This document shows, in pieces, positions 10,872 to 20,931 of a stretch of 64,000 nucleotides of DNA. Position 1 is the first letter of the stretch; every line of letters begins with the position of its first letter. The stretch covers positions 1,504,001 through 1,568,000 of the forward strand of contig CAVOXA010000001.1 of NCBI GenBank assembly GCA_963700285.1, read 5' to 3'. The position numbers and the translations under genes were made by a program. The notes under the pieces are model-generated. The model had not been told where the DNA came from, did no database searches, and was given only the letters and a program-made list of their open reading frames with translations. The DNA comes from an uncultured Chloroflexia bacterium. Its GTDB lineage: Bacteria > Chloroflexota > Anaerolineae > JAAYZQ01.

Positions 10872-10961
10872 CTACGACTCGTCTGCTGCCTCCACTTCCT
10901 CGCCTGGAACTGGAAGGGACTCCCCGGTGACCGCGGGCTTCAGTGGGATAATGATCCACAA
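10872..10961 (-). pseudogene. Possible C-terminal remnant of a PspC-domain protein
   Basis: Frame reads LWIIIPLKPAVTGESLPVPGEEVEAADES-stop with no matching upstream part. Confidence 0.3.
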
Positions 10962-11328
10962 GGGGCAAACCCGCCAGTCTGTGTAGGCGCCATCAGCTCG
11001 CCTGCGACTGGATTGGAGATCCTCAATCTTATCTACGGGTCCGGGTCCGCTAAGCGGTGGAATCGGAGTGTTGCGTCGCTCCAGAACAGGGGATCGCCAT
11101 TGACGCCATGTACGCGGCCAGATGCCTTTCGCTCACGCTGACACACTTCCGGGTGTGCTGTGCACCATTATACTGGGGTTGGACCAATCTGTAAACTGTG
11201 CGGACCCCTGGGTCCACCAAATCTGGCCGTGCAGGCTGATCTGGCTCAGTTTGCCTAGTCCTTCCCTTGATGGCCTTTGGCCCCGGGAGCCCGTTTCGCC
11301 TGAAGATGATGGGGGCCCATTCTCGTTC

Positions 11329-11427
11329 AGACCTCGGAGATTCTGCCCAGGCCGCAGTCCATTTCCGCCTCTGCAGAGTCCTCAGTGGCAGACATGAACC
11401 TGAGGCGAAGAAAAACCTCCGAGGTCT
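11329..11427. repeat. Inverted REP-like doublet
   Basis: AGACCTCGGAGATTCT ... AAAACCTCCGAGGTCT, 67-bp spacer. Confidence 0.6.
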
Positions 11428-11483
11428 TGGTTACTCGGGCTTGTGAGCGAATTTCCACCGAATCGGGCCAGGTCGCTGCGAGC

Positions 11484-13219
11484 TTACCATAGGTCTTGCC
11501 TGAAAATCGTTGGAAGATAGCCCTGGGGCACAACGTGCGGTGGATGCCGGTCGACGATTATCGCCGCCTCTGACCTGCTGGCGAAGGGCTCCACTCCTCC
11601 GGCGCTGTCTGTAGCCCGCACCTCGAACCTGTAGATTCCATCCTGAGGGGCCAGATCTGTGAACTCTGCGCTGGTGAGCTTGGTTCCCGTGAGCCAGGCA
11701 ATCCAAGGGCCATCGGCAAAGCTGTAGCGCAAGTCAAAGGAAGCAATGGTCAGCCCAGGTGCAGCGGATGAGGTCCACGATACCAAAAAGCTGTGGTCTG
11801 GGGTGAGTGCTGGGTCAAAGGGTATGATGTGCGAATGGGGCCCGCTGGTGTCCACACGCGTGGCCGCCTGGGCGCTAGCGCTCCAAGGTTGGACGTTGCC
11901 GGCGTTGTCTGTGCCCCGTGCCCGGAAGCCATAGATCCCGTCGGTGTGGGCACCGGTGAACTGGGCGGAGGTGAGTGTCGTATTCTGCAGCCAGACCTGC
12001 CACGGACCGCCGTCCTCCTGGAACTGGACGTCCATGGATTTGATGCCCGACCCGCCCGGATCGTCCGAGCCGCTCCAGTAGACCCAGAACGCGGACACAT
12101 GCGTGTAACCAGGCAGGGGGTCGACTGAGATGCTGGGGGGAACTGAATCCACCGTCGTCTGGGCCTGGGATGCTCCCCATGCCTGGATGTTGCCGGCATT
12201 GTCCACGGCGCGGGCGCGATACTGGTAGGTCGTCCCACTGCGGCCGCCCACCCATTCTGCCGAGCGGTCGGTGGTGTGCATGCGCCAATCAATCCACTGT
12301 CCGCCATTGGTGTTATACTGGACGTCAAAGTAGGCGATGCCGCTACCCCCGTCATCGTGGCCGTGCCAGTGAACAAAGAACCTCTGGGGCGACCAGGTGG
12401 GCAAGGGCTTGACCGAGGCGACGGGGGGCGTCGGGTCGGTGTGCTGGGTATAGTCGACAACCAGCCGGGGGTAGAGCCCGTTGTTGGCGTTGAGCGAATA
12501 GTACATCCTCTGACGGTTCTGTACTCGCTCGTCACCGATAAAGATGAGGCCATAGTTGGCGTGGGACCCGCTGTACCAGTCCTTGACCAGGTCCGTCACA
12601 TCTGTGTAGCCCCAGCCCAATTGGGATCCTACCTGACCCATGCCAGCAACGGTGCCCCAGTGCGGCTGGTGGCTGGCCCAGGTTACCAGATTCTCATCCC
12701 AGGGGGTCAACAGGTGTCGGGCCTCGACGCCCATGGGCGAATCGTTCGCCGGCGAAGCGGCAAAGAGATAGGTTTGCAGCGTGGCGCTGTTGATCACCGC
12801 CTGGGTCGGCACGTAGCGATTCACGTCAAACTGCATGAAGGGTCGCAGGGCGCCATCGTTGCTCCCCCCAAACTGTACCCGAGGCGCAAATCTGGAGCGG
12901 AGCCATAGTTCTGGTTGGGTTTGTTGGAGGTGATATAGGTATCCTGTTGTACCGGGATCTGGACCACGGTGTTCACCGCATTTGGCAACACCGTCTCCTC
13001 AAGGATCACAGCTTCCAGTCGCGCTGCGAGTTCCTCATCACTGGGTCCTTCAGCCGGCAAGGCCTCATCCCCTGGCCCCTGGGCCACCGGCGCCTCTTCG
13101 CTGGGCTGCTGGGCGGCCGGAGTGACCACCACAAGCGCCAGGGACAGCATCAGGACCAGGGCCACAAGCGCCGCTCTCTTGGTCAGCAAAGAACTCGACC
13201 TCTGCAATAGCTCTGCCAT
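11484..13219 (-). CDS. Secreted DNRLRE-like domain + three fibronectin-III-like repeats; frameshift in G-run near 12865
   Basis: Signal peptide, QDTYI..NYG..LRLG joins to GALRPFMQFD; three YxFRARAxDxAG repeats; tail YLPTIFR. Confidence 0.8.
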
Positions 13220-13258
13220 TTTGCTTCCTCCTGTGAGTTAGGTTATTCGGCTTTTACT

Positions 13259-14893
13259 CTAGCGGCAAGGATCATAGTCCTCGCCCAGTATGATGAGAAG
13301 ATCTGCCTGCACGTCAGCGCTCGCCTGGCCAGGCGGGGGCTGGTGGACTATGTTCTTGGATTTGATCTTTAGCAGGCGCACGAGAGAGTCGAGGGCCTGA
13401 GGTTTGTCATCAAAGACGAGGATCTGGGTCTGCTGATGGTCGCGTTCTTGGGCCAGACCCGTGCCTACGGCGTTGAGTCCCTGCCAGCGCAACTGATCAG
13501 CCGCGATGAGGGCCAACTGCGGGCGCTGCGTGCCGTTCAGCACCTGGATGCGAGCGTCCTCGCCGGCAACCTGTTCTCTATATGCTGAAGGTGGTGCGTA
13601 GAGGCTGGCCACCTGTTGCTGGATCTTTTCGGGCTGGGGAAGCTGGACCCGTGCTCCGCCCTCGGTCGTCCAGCCCAGGACCTGGCCGTAACCAATGTAG
13701 CGGCCCTGGATTCGCTCAGGCCTGAGGTCCAGCGCCAGAGGAGCCAGGGACAAGACATCGCCCAGGCTCAGATCGGTGTGGAAGCTGTCCTTCATTGCCG
13801 ACCAGAGACCCGGGATCCTGGCGATGAGGCCCGGACCCCTGGCCTGATCCCACACCGCTCTGAGAAACTGCTGCTGGCGCGGGGCGCGCTGAAAATCGTC
13901 GCTGCCCCGGCGAGTACGGACGTAGCGCAGCGCTGTAGCGCCATCCATGCGATATACGCCGGGTGCGAGCCACATCTCTTCCTCTTGATCCGAGGTAGGA
14001 GGCCGGTAGCGCAGGTTGACGGGACAGGCCACCGTCATCTCCACGCCGCCCAACTCATCCACGGCGCGGGCAAAGCCCTGAAAGTCGACGCGTACCCAGT
14101 GGTCGATGGGGATGCCCAAGTTGTGCTTGATGGTGTCCATCAACAATCCAGGCCCCTGACCTGGATAGTCCCGCTGGTGTCCGATCCTGTGGGCGATGTT
14201 GATCCGTCCCCAGCCGTAAGTAGGGATATAGACCCACAGGTCGCGGGGGATGGACAGCATGGATACCAGTTTTGCCGTCCTGTTCACCACGGCGACGATC
14301 AAGACGTCTGTGTTTTGGTCCTTGACATATTTGCTGCCGTCTGCCCCGATGAGCAGGATATGCAGGAACTCGGGTGGCGCGGCCGCCATGGGTACCGGAG
14401 TGGTCCAAAGCGGTAGCCCGACACGTGGGGTAATGGTCTGCGTCGCTGTGATCGTCGGTCTGGCTGGCAGGGGCATGTTGGTCCAGGTCGGGATGGCCGA
14501 GGGCGTGGGCGTCGGCGAAGGAACAGGGCTCAGGGTGGGTGTTGGCGTCAGGGTCGGCAGTTCTGCTGGGGGCGACGTACTGGTCAAGGTGGGTGGCAGT
14601 GTTGGGCTCTGGGGCCGGATCGGCGGGCTTGAGGTCGAGGCAGCCGGTACAGATGGCAAAGGGACGGCTGTCGGGAGGGGAGTCTGAGACGGCGCTGGTG
14701 TGAATGTAGGCCTGCTTGTGGCCATAGCGAGGGTAGGTGTGATCGCCAGAGCTGCCGCGGGCATCGATCCACTGGCACAAGCGCCCAAGTTGTTGGCGAC
14801 GATGGCCAGGAGCAGGAGAGTAACCAGAGTGGCTACCCCACTCCTGCCCCTGGCACCTTTTTCGCAGTAGACGTCTTTCTCTCGTCTGGGCAC
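13259..14893 (-). CDS. LCP (LytR-CpsA-Psr) family protein with PT-rich linker and LytR_C domain
   Basis: ILLIGAD, NTDVLIV, SIPRDL, YVRTR..DDFQR..RQQ; VLNGT..IILGED. Start uncertain. Confidence 0.9.
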   Translation of the reverse strand: MPRREKDVYCEKGARGRSGVATLVTLLLLAIVANNLGACASGSMPAAALAITPTLAMATSRPTFTPAPSQTPLPTAVPLPSVPAASTSSPPIRPQSPTLPPTLTSTSPPAELPTLTPTPTLSPVPSPTPTPSAIPTWTNMPLPARPTITATQTITPRVGLPLWTTPVPMAAAPPEFLHILLIGADGSKYVKDQNTDVLIVAVVNRTAKLVSMLSIPRDLWVYIPTYGWGRINIAHRIGHQRDYPGQGPGLLMDTIKHNLGIPIDHWVRVDFQGFARAVDELGGVEMTVACPVNLRYRPPTSDQEEEMWLAPGVYRMDGATALRYVRTRRGSDDFQRAPRQQQFLRAVWDQARGPGLIARIPGLWSAMKDSFHTDLSLGDVLSLAPLALDLRPERIQGRYIGYGQVLGWTTEGGARVQLPQPEKIQQQVASLYAPPSAYREQVAGEDARIQVLNGTQRPQLALIAADQLRWQGLNAVGTGLAQERDHQQTQILVFDDKPQALDSLVRLLKIKSKNIVHQPPPGQASADVQADLLIILGEDYDPCR

Positions 14894-14929
14894 GTGTCCT
14901 GGCCTATTGCCGCGAACCCTTGGTATGTG

Positions 14930-15826
14930 CTATTCGCTTACGGTGACCGTCACGTCCTCGTGGACATGCTTACCCTCGGCATTGTAGGCGACAAGGCGGT
15001 AGTCGACCGCGCCCGCTTCGTCGGGGCAGTCCTGCACCGAACCCTGCAGTGGGGCGTTGTCCCAGACCTCATATTCGCCGCGAAAGACGTCGACCTCAGT
15101 AGTGCCGCCGCTGGTACTCCAACTGAGTTCCACGCACTGGCTCAGCGAGATCTCTTCCGGGTCAACCTCGAAAGAGTCGATCTCTGGCTTCAAGACGGGA
15201 GGCAGCGTCGGCTCGGGCGTGGCCGTGGGCTCGGCCGTGGCCGACGAGATGATTTCGATCTGCGCTGGTGCGGTGTCGGTCAGCCCATCCTGGTCGGTGA
15301 TGGTCAGCGTGACCATATAGTCCCCGGGGTTTCTGTAGACGTAGCGAACGACCGCTCCGCTACCCTTGTTCCCATCGCCAAAGTCCCAGTCGTAGCGCGC
15401 GATGGGGCTGGTTCCGGGTTGGGATTGACTGCCGTCAAAACTCACCTGCTCGCCGGTCATGGCCTGGGCCGGAGCACTGACAATCGCGTTGGGTCCCACG
15501 GCTGAGGTTGGCGTTGGCTGGGGCTCATCGCCTGGGGTCGGTGTCGGAACATCCGGGGCCGGCGCAGCCGGCGTGTTTGTGGGAAGGTTGATGGGCGGCA
15601 GGGTGGGAACGGTATCGCCTCCGCCTCCCCGGCTGATCAGGACGGCGGCCACGATCGCGAGGCAGCAGGTGACAGCAACCAGGGCGGCAATGACGACTCC
15701 ACCCGCGATCAATGGCGTCCGGTTGTCCTTCTGCGGTGACTCTGGTTCCGCTGGGTAAGTATCGCCACCCTCAGCCGCATAGCCGTCCTCGGGCCCTGGC
15801 TCAAAGGTATTCTCTTCGGTTGACAT
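14930..15826 (-). CDS. Membrane-anchored PKD-domain protein with Cys-paired Ig module
   Basis: TM helix, YDWDFGDG, then CVELSWSTSGGT..WDNAPLQGSVQDCP shared with the SBP paralogs. Confidence 0.85.
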   Translation of the reverse strand: MSTEENTFEPGPEDGYAAEGGDTYPAEPESPQKDNRTPLIAGGVVIAALVAVTCCLAIVAAVLISRGGGGDTVPTLPPINLPTNTPAAPAPDVPTPTPGDEPQPTPTSAVGPNAIVSAPAQAMTGEQVSFDGSQSQPGTSPIARYDWDFGDGNKGSGAVVRYVYRNPGDYMVTLTITDQDGLTDTAPAQIEIISSATAEPTATPEPTLPPVLKPEIDSFEVDPEEISLSQCVELSWSTSGGTTEVDVFRGEYEVWDNAPLQGSVQDCPDEAGAVDYRLVAYNAEGKHVHEDVTVTVSE

Positions 15827-15913
15827 TTTTCACTCCTTTACGGTTTTGTCCCGCATTTTTGTATGGGGCCGCACCCTTGGATCGGCGATCCAGAGAAAGG
15901 CTACCAGTCCCGG

Positions 15914-18124
15914 CTACTGGACAGTAACAAACTGATCCTGGTGTACGCGCTTGTCCTGGGGATTGTAGGCGATGAGCCGGTACTGGAGCGTCCCCAACCC
16001 TTTGGGGCAGTCCTGGACCTGCCCGCCAAGTGGTGCGTTCTCCCAAACCATATCATCATCGCGCCAGAGATTGATCCAGGAGGTGCCGCCACCCGTCTGC
16101 CATCGGAGGTCCACACAGCTTCCCGCCGCAATCTGATCAGGTTGGGCGGAGAAGGAGTGGATCACGGGCTGGTCGGATGGGGGTGGAGGAGCGGGCGTAG
16201 CGGTGGCTTGCCCTACAACGTTGACATTCTGGTGCCCACGGCTGACGCCGCCGGAACCCCGGGCCTCTATGCCATAGGCCATGTTGCCGGGCGAGGATGG
16301 GCAGTCCTGGATCTGACCCTTGACTGGCGCAGCGTCCCACAAACTGTTGCCGTTGGCTGTGATCTGCACACGGTTTACGTCACCGGATACCTCCCAGCGG
16401 ACATCCACACATTGACCCAGTGTGATCTGGTTGTGCGGGTCGACGGTGAAGCGATCGATGGCCGGCGCCTGGGGAGCGGCTTCGACATTGATGGTGATCT
16501 GGCGCGTATCGACAGAGCCATCGCCCTTGACCACACGCAGGTAGTAGGTCGTCGTGTAGGGCGGGCACTCCCGTTGTTGTCCCTCGCCAACTATGCCATT
16601 GTCCTGCCATCGTTCCCCTTCGGCGTAAAAGTAGACTTCTCGAACGTTTTCTACCTTCCAGCCAAAGACGACACACTCACCCGACTTGATGTTCGTCCGG
16701 TCCGCGGTGAAGATGATACCGGGTACGGGTGTCTGGGTGGGAGCCGGCGTGGGTTTGGGTGGAGCAGGCACCCGGATGCCCACCGGGAGCCGTTCGCCAA
16801 AAGCCTGTTTTTCACCGCTTTCTATCTGCCAGAATGCCTGGTAGGTACCTGGCTTGAGAGGAGCAACGAGATCAACTTGGAGGTCGTAGGTCTCACCGGG
16901 TGCTACCTTGCCCTGGATGGCCACTGGCTCGCCCCCCATGCGGGCTGCCGAGTCGTTGCCGCCGCCGTAGACCAGGCGGTAGCCGCCATCCCACGTGCAG
17001 GTCCCGGTGTTCTGGACCCGCCACGCCTTGGTAAAGGGCGTCCCCGGCTGCATGATCTGCGGAGTGGTCATGTTCTGATCGTTGTAGTTCAGATGCTTGA
17101 CAAGGGCCAGGCCATCCAGACAGGGTGGCGGGGGCAGCGGTGTCCTCGTTGGCTGCGGAGTCCCCGTAGCCCGCGGCGTGGGGGTAACAGTTGGCGTGGC
17201 TTGGATGGGTTCTGGCTGCAGATCCAGGTACTCTTTTGCCAGCAGCGCGACAAAGCCCTCGTTCTGCAGCTCGACCAGGGTCTGGTCCAGCTCAGCTTTC
17301 AGGGATTCGGCGCCCTGGGGCAGGGCGATGGCCAGTCTCTGCTGGTTCAGACCCTGGCCAACCACCTCTACCCCGCCTTCAGCGGCAAAGGCCTGGGCCG
17401 GCTGGGCATCAAGCATCACGAGGTCGAGGCGATCCTGGCGCAGGTCGCGTACGGCGTCTTCGGCCCGTTCATAGACAAACAACTGGTCGTTTTGCAGCTC
17501 GCCTGTGTCTACCAGGTTGGTCTGCAGCCAATCATCGTAGACACTGCTGCGCTGGGCGCCGATGCGGAGACCGGTCAGGTCATCGATGCTATCGATCGAG
17601 TTGATGCCCGAGCCCTTGCGGGCCAGCAGCCCATCCTGGCCAACATAGTAGACGTTGGTAAAGTCCACATAGTCCTCGCGCTCTGGCGTGATCGACACGG
17701 CGGCGATGGCCGCATTGATCTGGCCCAGCATCACCGCGGCGCCAAGACCGTCAAAGGCAAAGTCGCGGTACTCGACCTCGAGACCCAGGCGGCGACCGAT
17801 CTCGTTCATCAGCTCGATGTCAAATCCCACGAGCTGCGGTGGGCCTTCCCGATCGACACCGGTGTAATACTCAAAGGGCGGGTAGTCGGCCGCCGTACCA
17901 ACGATGATTTTGCCGGCTGCCTTGACCTGCGACCAGGAGTCATCCGCGGCTGCTTCACGAGTGGCTGTGGAGGATGGCTGGGCCGGTGGCGGGGAGGGTA
18001 GCGTGGGCGGGGAGGGCTGGCTAGGTTCCGGTGGCTGGGTAGGCTCTGGGCCCGAGGGGCCGCAGGCCGTCAACACCAGGATGGCCACCAGGCCCAGGGT
18101 CACGACAATCGACTTCTTGGGCAT
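15914..18124 (-). CDS. Lipoprotein family-3 solute-binding domain + NBR1-Ig + three Ig modules (paralog 2)
   Basis: Lipobox LTAC; ADYPPFEY, VSITPER; FTKAWRVQNTGTCTW. Confidence 0.85.
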   Translation of the reverse strand: MPKKSIVVTLGLVAILVLTACGPSGPEPTQPPEPSQPSPPTLPSPPPAQPSSTATREAAADDSWSQVKAAGKIIVGTAADYPPFEYYTGVDREGPPQLVGFDIELMNEIGRRLGLEVEYRDFAFDGLGAAVMLGQINAAIAAVSITPEREDYVDFTNVYYVGQDGLLARKGSGINSIDSIDDLTGLRIGAQRSSVYDDWLQTNLVDTGELQNDQLFVYERAEDAVRDLRQDRLDLVMLDAQPAQAFAAEGGVEVVGQGLNQQRLAIALPQGAESLKAELDQTLVELQNEGFVALLAKEYLDLQPEPIQATPTVTPTPRATGTPQPTRTPLPPPPCLDGLALVKHLNYNDQNMTTPQIMQPGTPFTKAWRVQNTGTCTWDGGYRLVYGGGNDSAARMGGEPVAIQGKVAPGETYDLQVDLVAPLKPGTYQAFWQIESGEKQAFGERLPVGIRVPAPPKPTPAPTQTPVPGIIFTADRTNIKSGECVVFGWKVENVREVYFYAEGERWQDNGIVGEGQQRECPPYTTTYYLRVVKGDGSVDTRQITINVEAAPQAPAIDRFTVDPHNQITLGQCVDVRWEVSGDVNRVQITANGNSLWDAAPVKGQIQDCPSSPGNMAYGIEARGSGGVSRGHQNVNVVGQATATPAPPPPSDQPVIHSFSAQPDQIAAGSCVDLRWQTGGGTSWINLWRDDDMVWENAPLGGQVQDCPKGLGTLQYRLIAYNPQDKRVHQDQFVTVQ

Positions 18125-18173
18125 TATTCTTCTCCCTTCTGCGAGCTTGGCCAGCACGGGTGCGGCCAGTGTA

Positions 18174-18202
18174 AGCCTACCAAACAGTTGGCCGCTTGTC
18201 AA
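18174..18202 (-). promoter_or_regulatory. Probable promoter for paralog 2
   Basis: TTGACA-17-TAGGCT. Confidence 0.55.
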
Positions 18203-18248
18203 GTACAGTGGTACTGCCCACCAGGGTTGGCACAAAGTCCCGCTCGGC

Positions 18249-18343
18249 ATCCTTCCGAAGGTTTCTGCCTTGTTCTCGTGCCCCACCGCATGGTAGAATC
18301 AAGCAGTAGCAGGGCAGTGGCCAGCGCAAACCTTCGGGAGGAT
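18249..18343. repeat. Inverted REP-like doublet
   Basis: ATCCTTCCGAAGGTTT ... AAACCTTCGGGAGGAT (15/16 inverted match), 63-bp spacer. Confidence 0.6.
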
Positions 18344-18460
18344 CGCCCTGTCAAGGTACTTTGCAGCAACCCTGCACGGCTCACCGTGTCCGGCAAGGCA
18401 CCGCGCTCGGGGGCGGTGCGACCACCGCCCCCTTGAACGAGCGTGTTTCTCGGCCGTCAA

Positions 18461-20610
18461 CTACTGGACAGTGACGGTCCGGTCTGCATTAACCCGCCTA
18501 TCCTGTGGGTTATAGGCGATGAGGCGATAGTTCAGTACGCCCGTTGCTGTGGGGCAGTCCTGCACCGAGCCCTGCAGCGGGGCGTTCTCCCAGACCGTAT
18601 CGTCGCCGCGGTAGATGTTTACCCACGAAGTGCCGCCCCCTGTTTTCCAACTGAGTGTTACGCAGGCGCCGGCCGGGATCTGTTCCGGGTTCACCGAGAA
18701 GGCTTGGATGACGGGATCGTTGGGGGAGGTGGGGGCGCCGGTGTGGCCGTGGCCTCGCCCACGACGTATACCGTGTGATGTCCCTCGCTGTTGCCGCCGG
18801 GGCCCGAAGCCTCGACGCCATAGGCGACGTTGCCGGTGCTGGTGGGGCAGTCCTGCATCTGGCCCTGCACTGGTGCGGCATCCCACAAGCTATTGCCGTT
18901 GCTGCTGATCCTGACCGAACTGACGTCCCCGGTCACTGACCAACGGATGTCGACGCACTGGCCGAGGGTGATCTGATTGGCGGGGTCCACGGTAAAGCGC
19001 TCAATGACCGGCGCATTGGTGGACGGGGTGACGTTGATGGTGATCTGACTGGACTGCACAGAACCATCGGGCATGACCACCCGCAGATGGTAGGTCATGG
19101 TGTGAGGCGGGCATTCCTTCTGGCTGCCCTGGCCGGCGACGCCGTTGTCCTGCCAATTCTCGCCCTCGGCATAAAAGTAGACCGCCTGGACGTTCTGGAC
19201 GTTCCAGGAAAAGACAACACACTCACCCGCATTGATGCTGGTCCGGTCCACGGTAAAGCTGATACCCGGCACAGGCGTCTGTGTTGGTACCGGTGTGGGG
19301 TTCGGGGGCGCGGGGACCTGGATGCCGACCGGCAGGCGCTCGCCAAAGGCTTGATTCCGGCCGTTCTCCATCTGCCAGAAAGCCTGGTAAGTCCCAGGGT
19401 TGAGGGGGGCGACGAGGGCGATCTCGATGTCATAGGTTGCACCCGGTTGCACCGTGCCCACAATGGCCACAGGCTGGCCGCCCATGCTAGCCGCTGGGTG
19501 GTTGCCCCCACCATAGACCAGATGGTAGCTGCTGTCCCAGGTACAGGTGCCTGTATTCTGCACCCGCCAGCCTTTGGTGAAGGGCTGGCCCGGCTGCATG
19601 ACGGCCGGTGAAGACATGTTCTGGTCGTCAAAGTTCAAGTGCTGGATCAAGGCCAGGCCGTCCAGGCAGGCCGGTGGTGGACCCGGTGTGCTGGTTGAAA
19701 CAGGCGTCGGGCCGGGGGTGGGTGTGGGCAGATTGGGATCCACGTTCAGGTACTCTTGGGCCAGGTTGGCGACATAGCCCTCGTTCTGCAGTTGGGTCAG
19801 GACATCGTTAATCTTTGTCCTGAGGGATTCGGCTCCCTTGGGCAGCGCGATGGCGTAACGCTGCAGGTATAGACCTCCTCCGACGATTCTGACCCCTCCT
19901 TGGCTCTGGAAGACTTCGGCAGGCTGGGCGTCCAGCACCACCAGATCGACGCGACCATCCCGCAGGTCTCGAACGGCGTCATCCGCCCTCTGGTAGACCA
20001 ACAGTTGGTCAGCCGGCAATTGGCCAGTGTCCACCAGGTTCGTCTCCAGCCATTCGTCATAGACGGTGCTGCGTTGGGTGCCGATTTTGAGCTGGGCCAG
20101 ATCGCTGGTGCCGTCGATGGTGGTGATGCCCGAGGCGTCGCTGGCCAAGATGCCGTCCTGGCCTACAAAGTAAACGTTGGAAAAATCGACATAAGACTCG
20201 CGCTCGGAGGTGACCGAGACGGCAGCAATGGCAGCGTCGATCTGGCCCAGTTGCAGGGCGCCGCCAAGCCCGTCGAAGGCAAAGTCGTGATACTCGACCT
20301 GAATACCCAGACGCCGGCCGATCTCGTCCATCAGGGCGATGTCAAAGCCGTCAATCCTGGCATCGGCGGTATAGTACTCAAAGGGCGCATAGTCGGCGGC
20401 CGTGCCGACGATGATCTTGCCGGCCGCCTGGACCTTGTCCCACGATCCATCTGTTCCGGGCTGGGGCACACCGGTGAAAGTAGGCTCTGCCACCGCGGTG
20501 GGTGTGGGCTCCCCGCCGGGCTGGACGATCACGACAATCGCGATGGCGCAAGCAGCCAACACGATGAGGGACAGCAGGGCAATGATCACGATTTGAGCGG
20601 TTCTCGACAT
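18461..20610 (-). CDS. Membrane-anchored family-3 solute-binding domain + NBR1-Ig + three Ig modules (paralog 3); frameshift in C-run near 18724
   Basis: ADYAPFEY, VSVTSER, FTKGWRVQNTGTCTW; last Ig module NDPVIQAFSV..DCP lies in ORF 18461..18886. Confidence 0.85.
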
Positions 20611-20839
20611 TCTATTCTCCTCTTCCTGGTCCGATTCCAGGCAGCAAGCCATGGCTTCAGACCGTAGGGTGATAGTGCGATTTTCAGCACGCCTGGGTGG
20701 GCGATGCCCCGGGGTTTCCCGCTGCGAATCGCTACCGGTCTATCATACCACAGATTTGCTCAGCGCGCAATGGTCATTCGTACAGTCTCTGGCCTGTACG
20801 AATGTACAGGTTTGGTTGAGGGATCTGTGAGGCCTGAAG

Positions 20840-20874
20840 GTGGGACAAGCTGGCCGCCCACCAGCCTGTCCCAC
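20840..20874. terminator. Hairpin (terminator or REP) downstream of MscS
   Basis: GTGGGACAAGCTGG ... CCAGCCTGTCCCAC. Confidence 0.45.
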
Positions 20875-20931
20875 GCAAAGCAGTCCGGCGCCGAATTTCG
20901 CCGTCAGACTGGCTGATCCGTGTTACCAATC

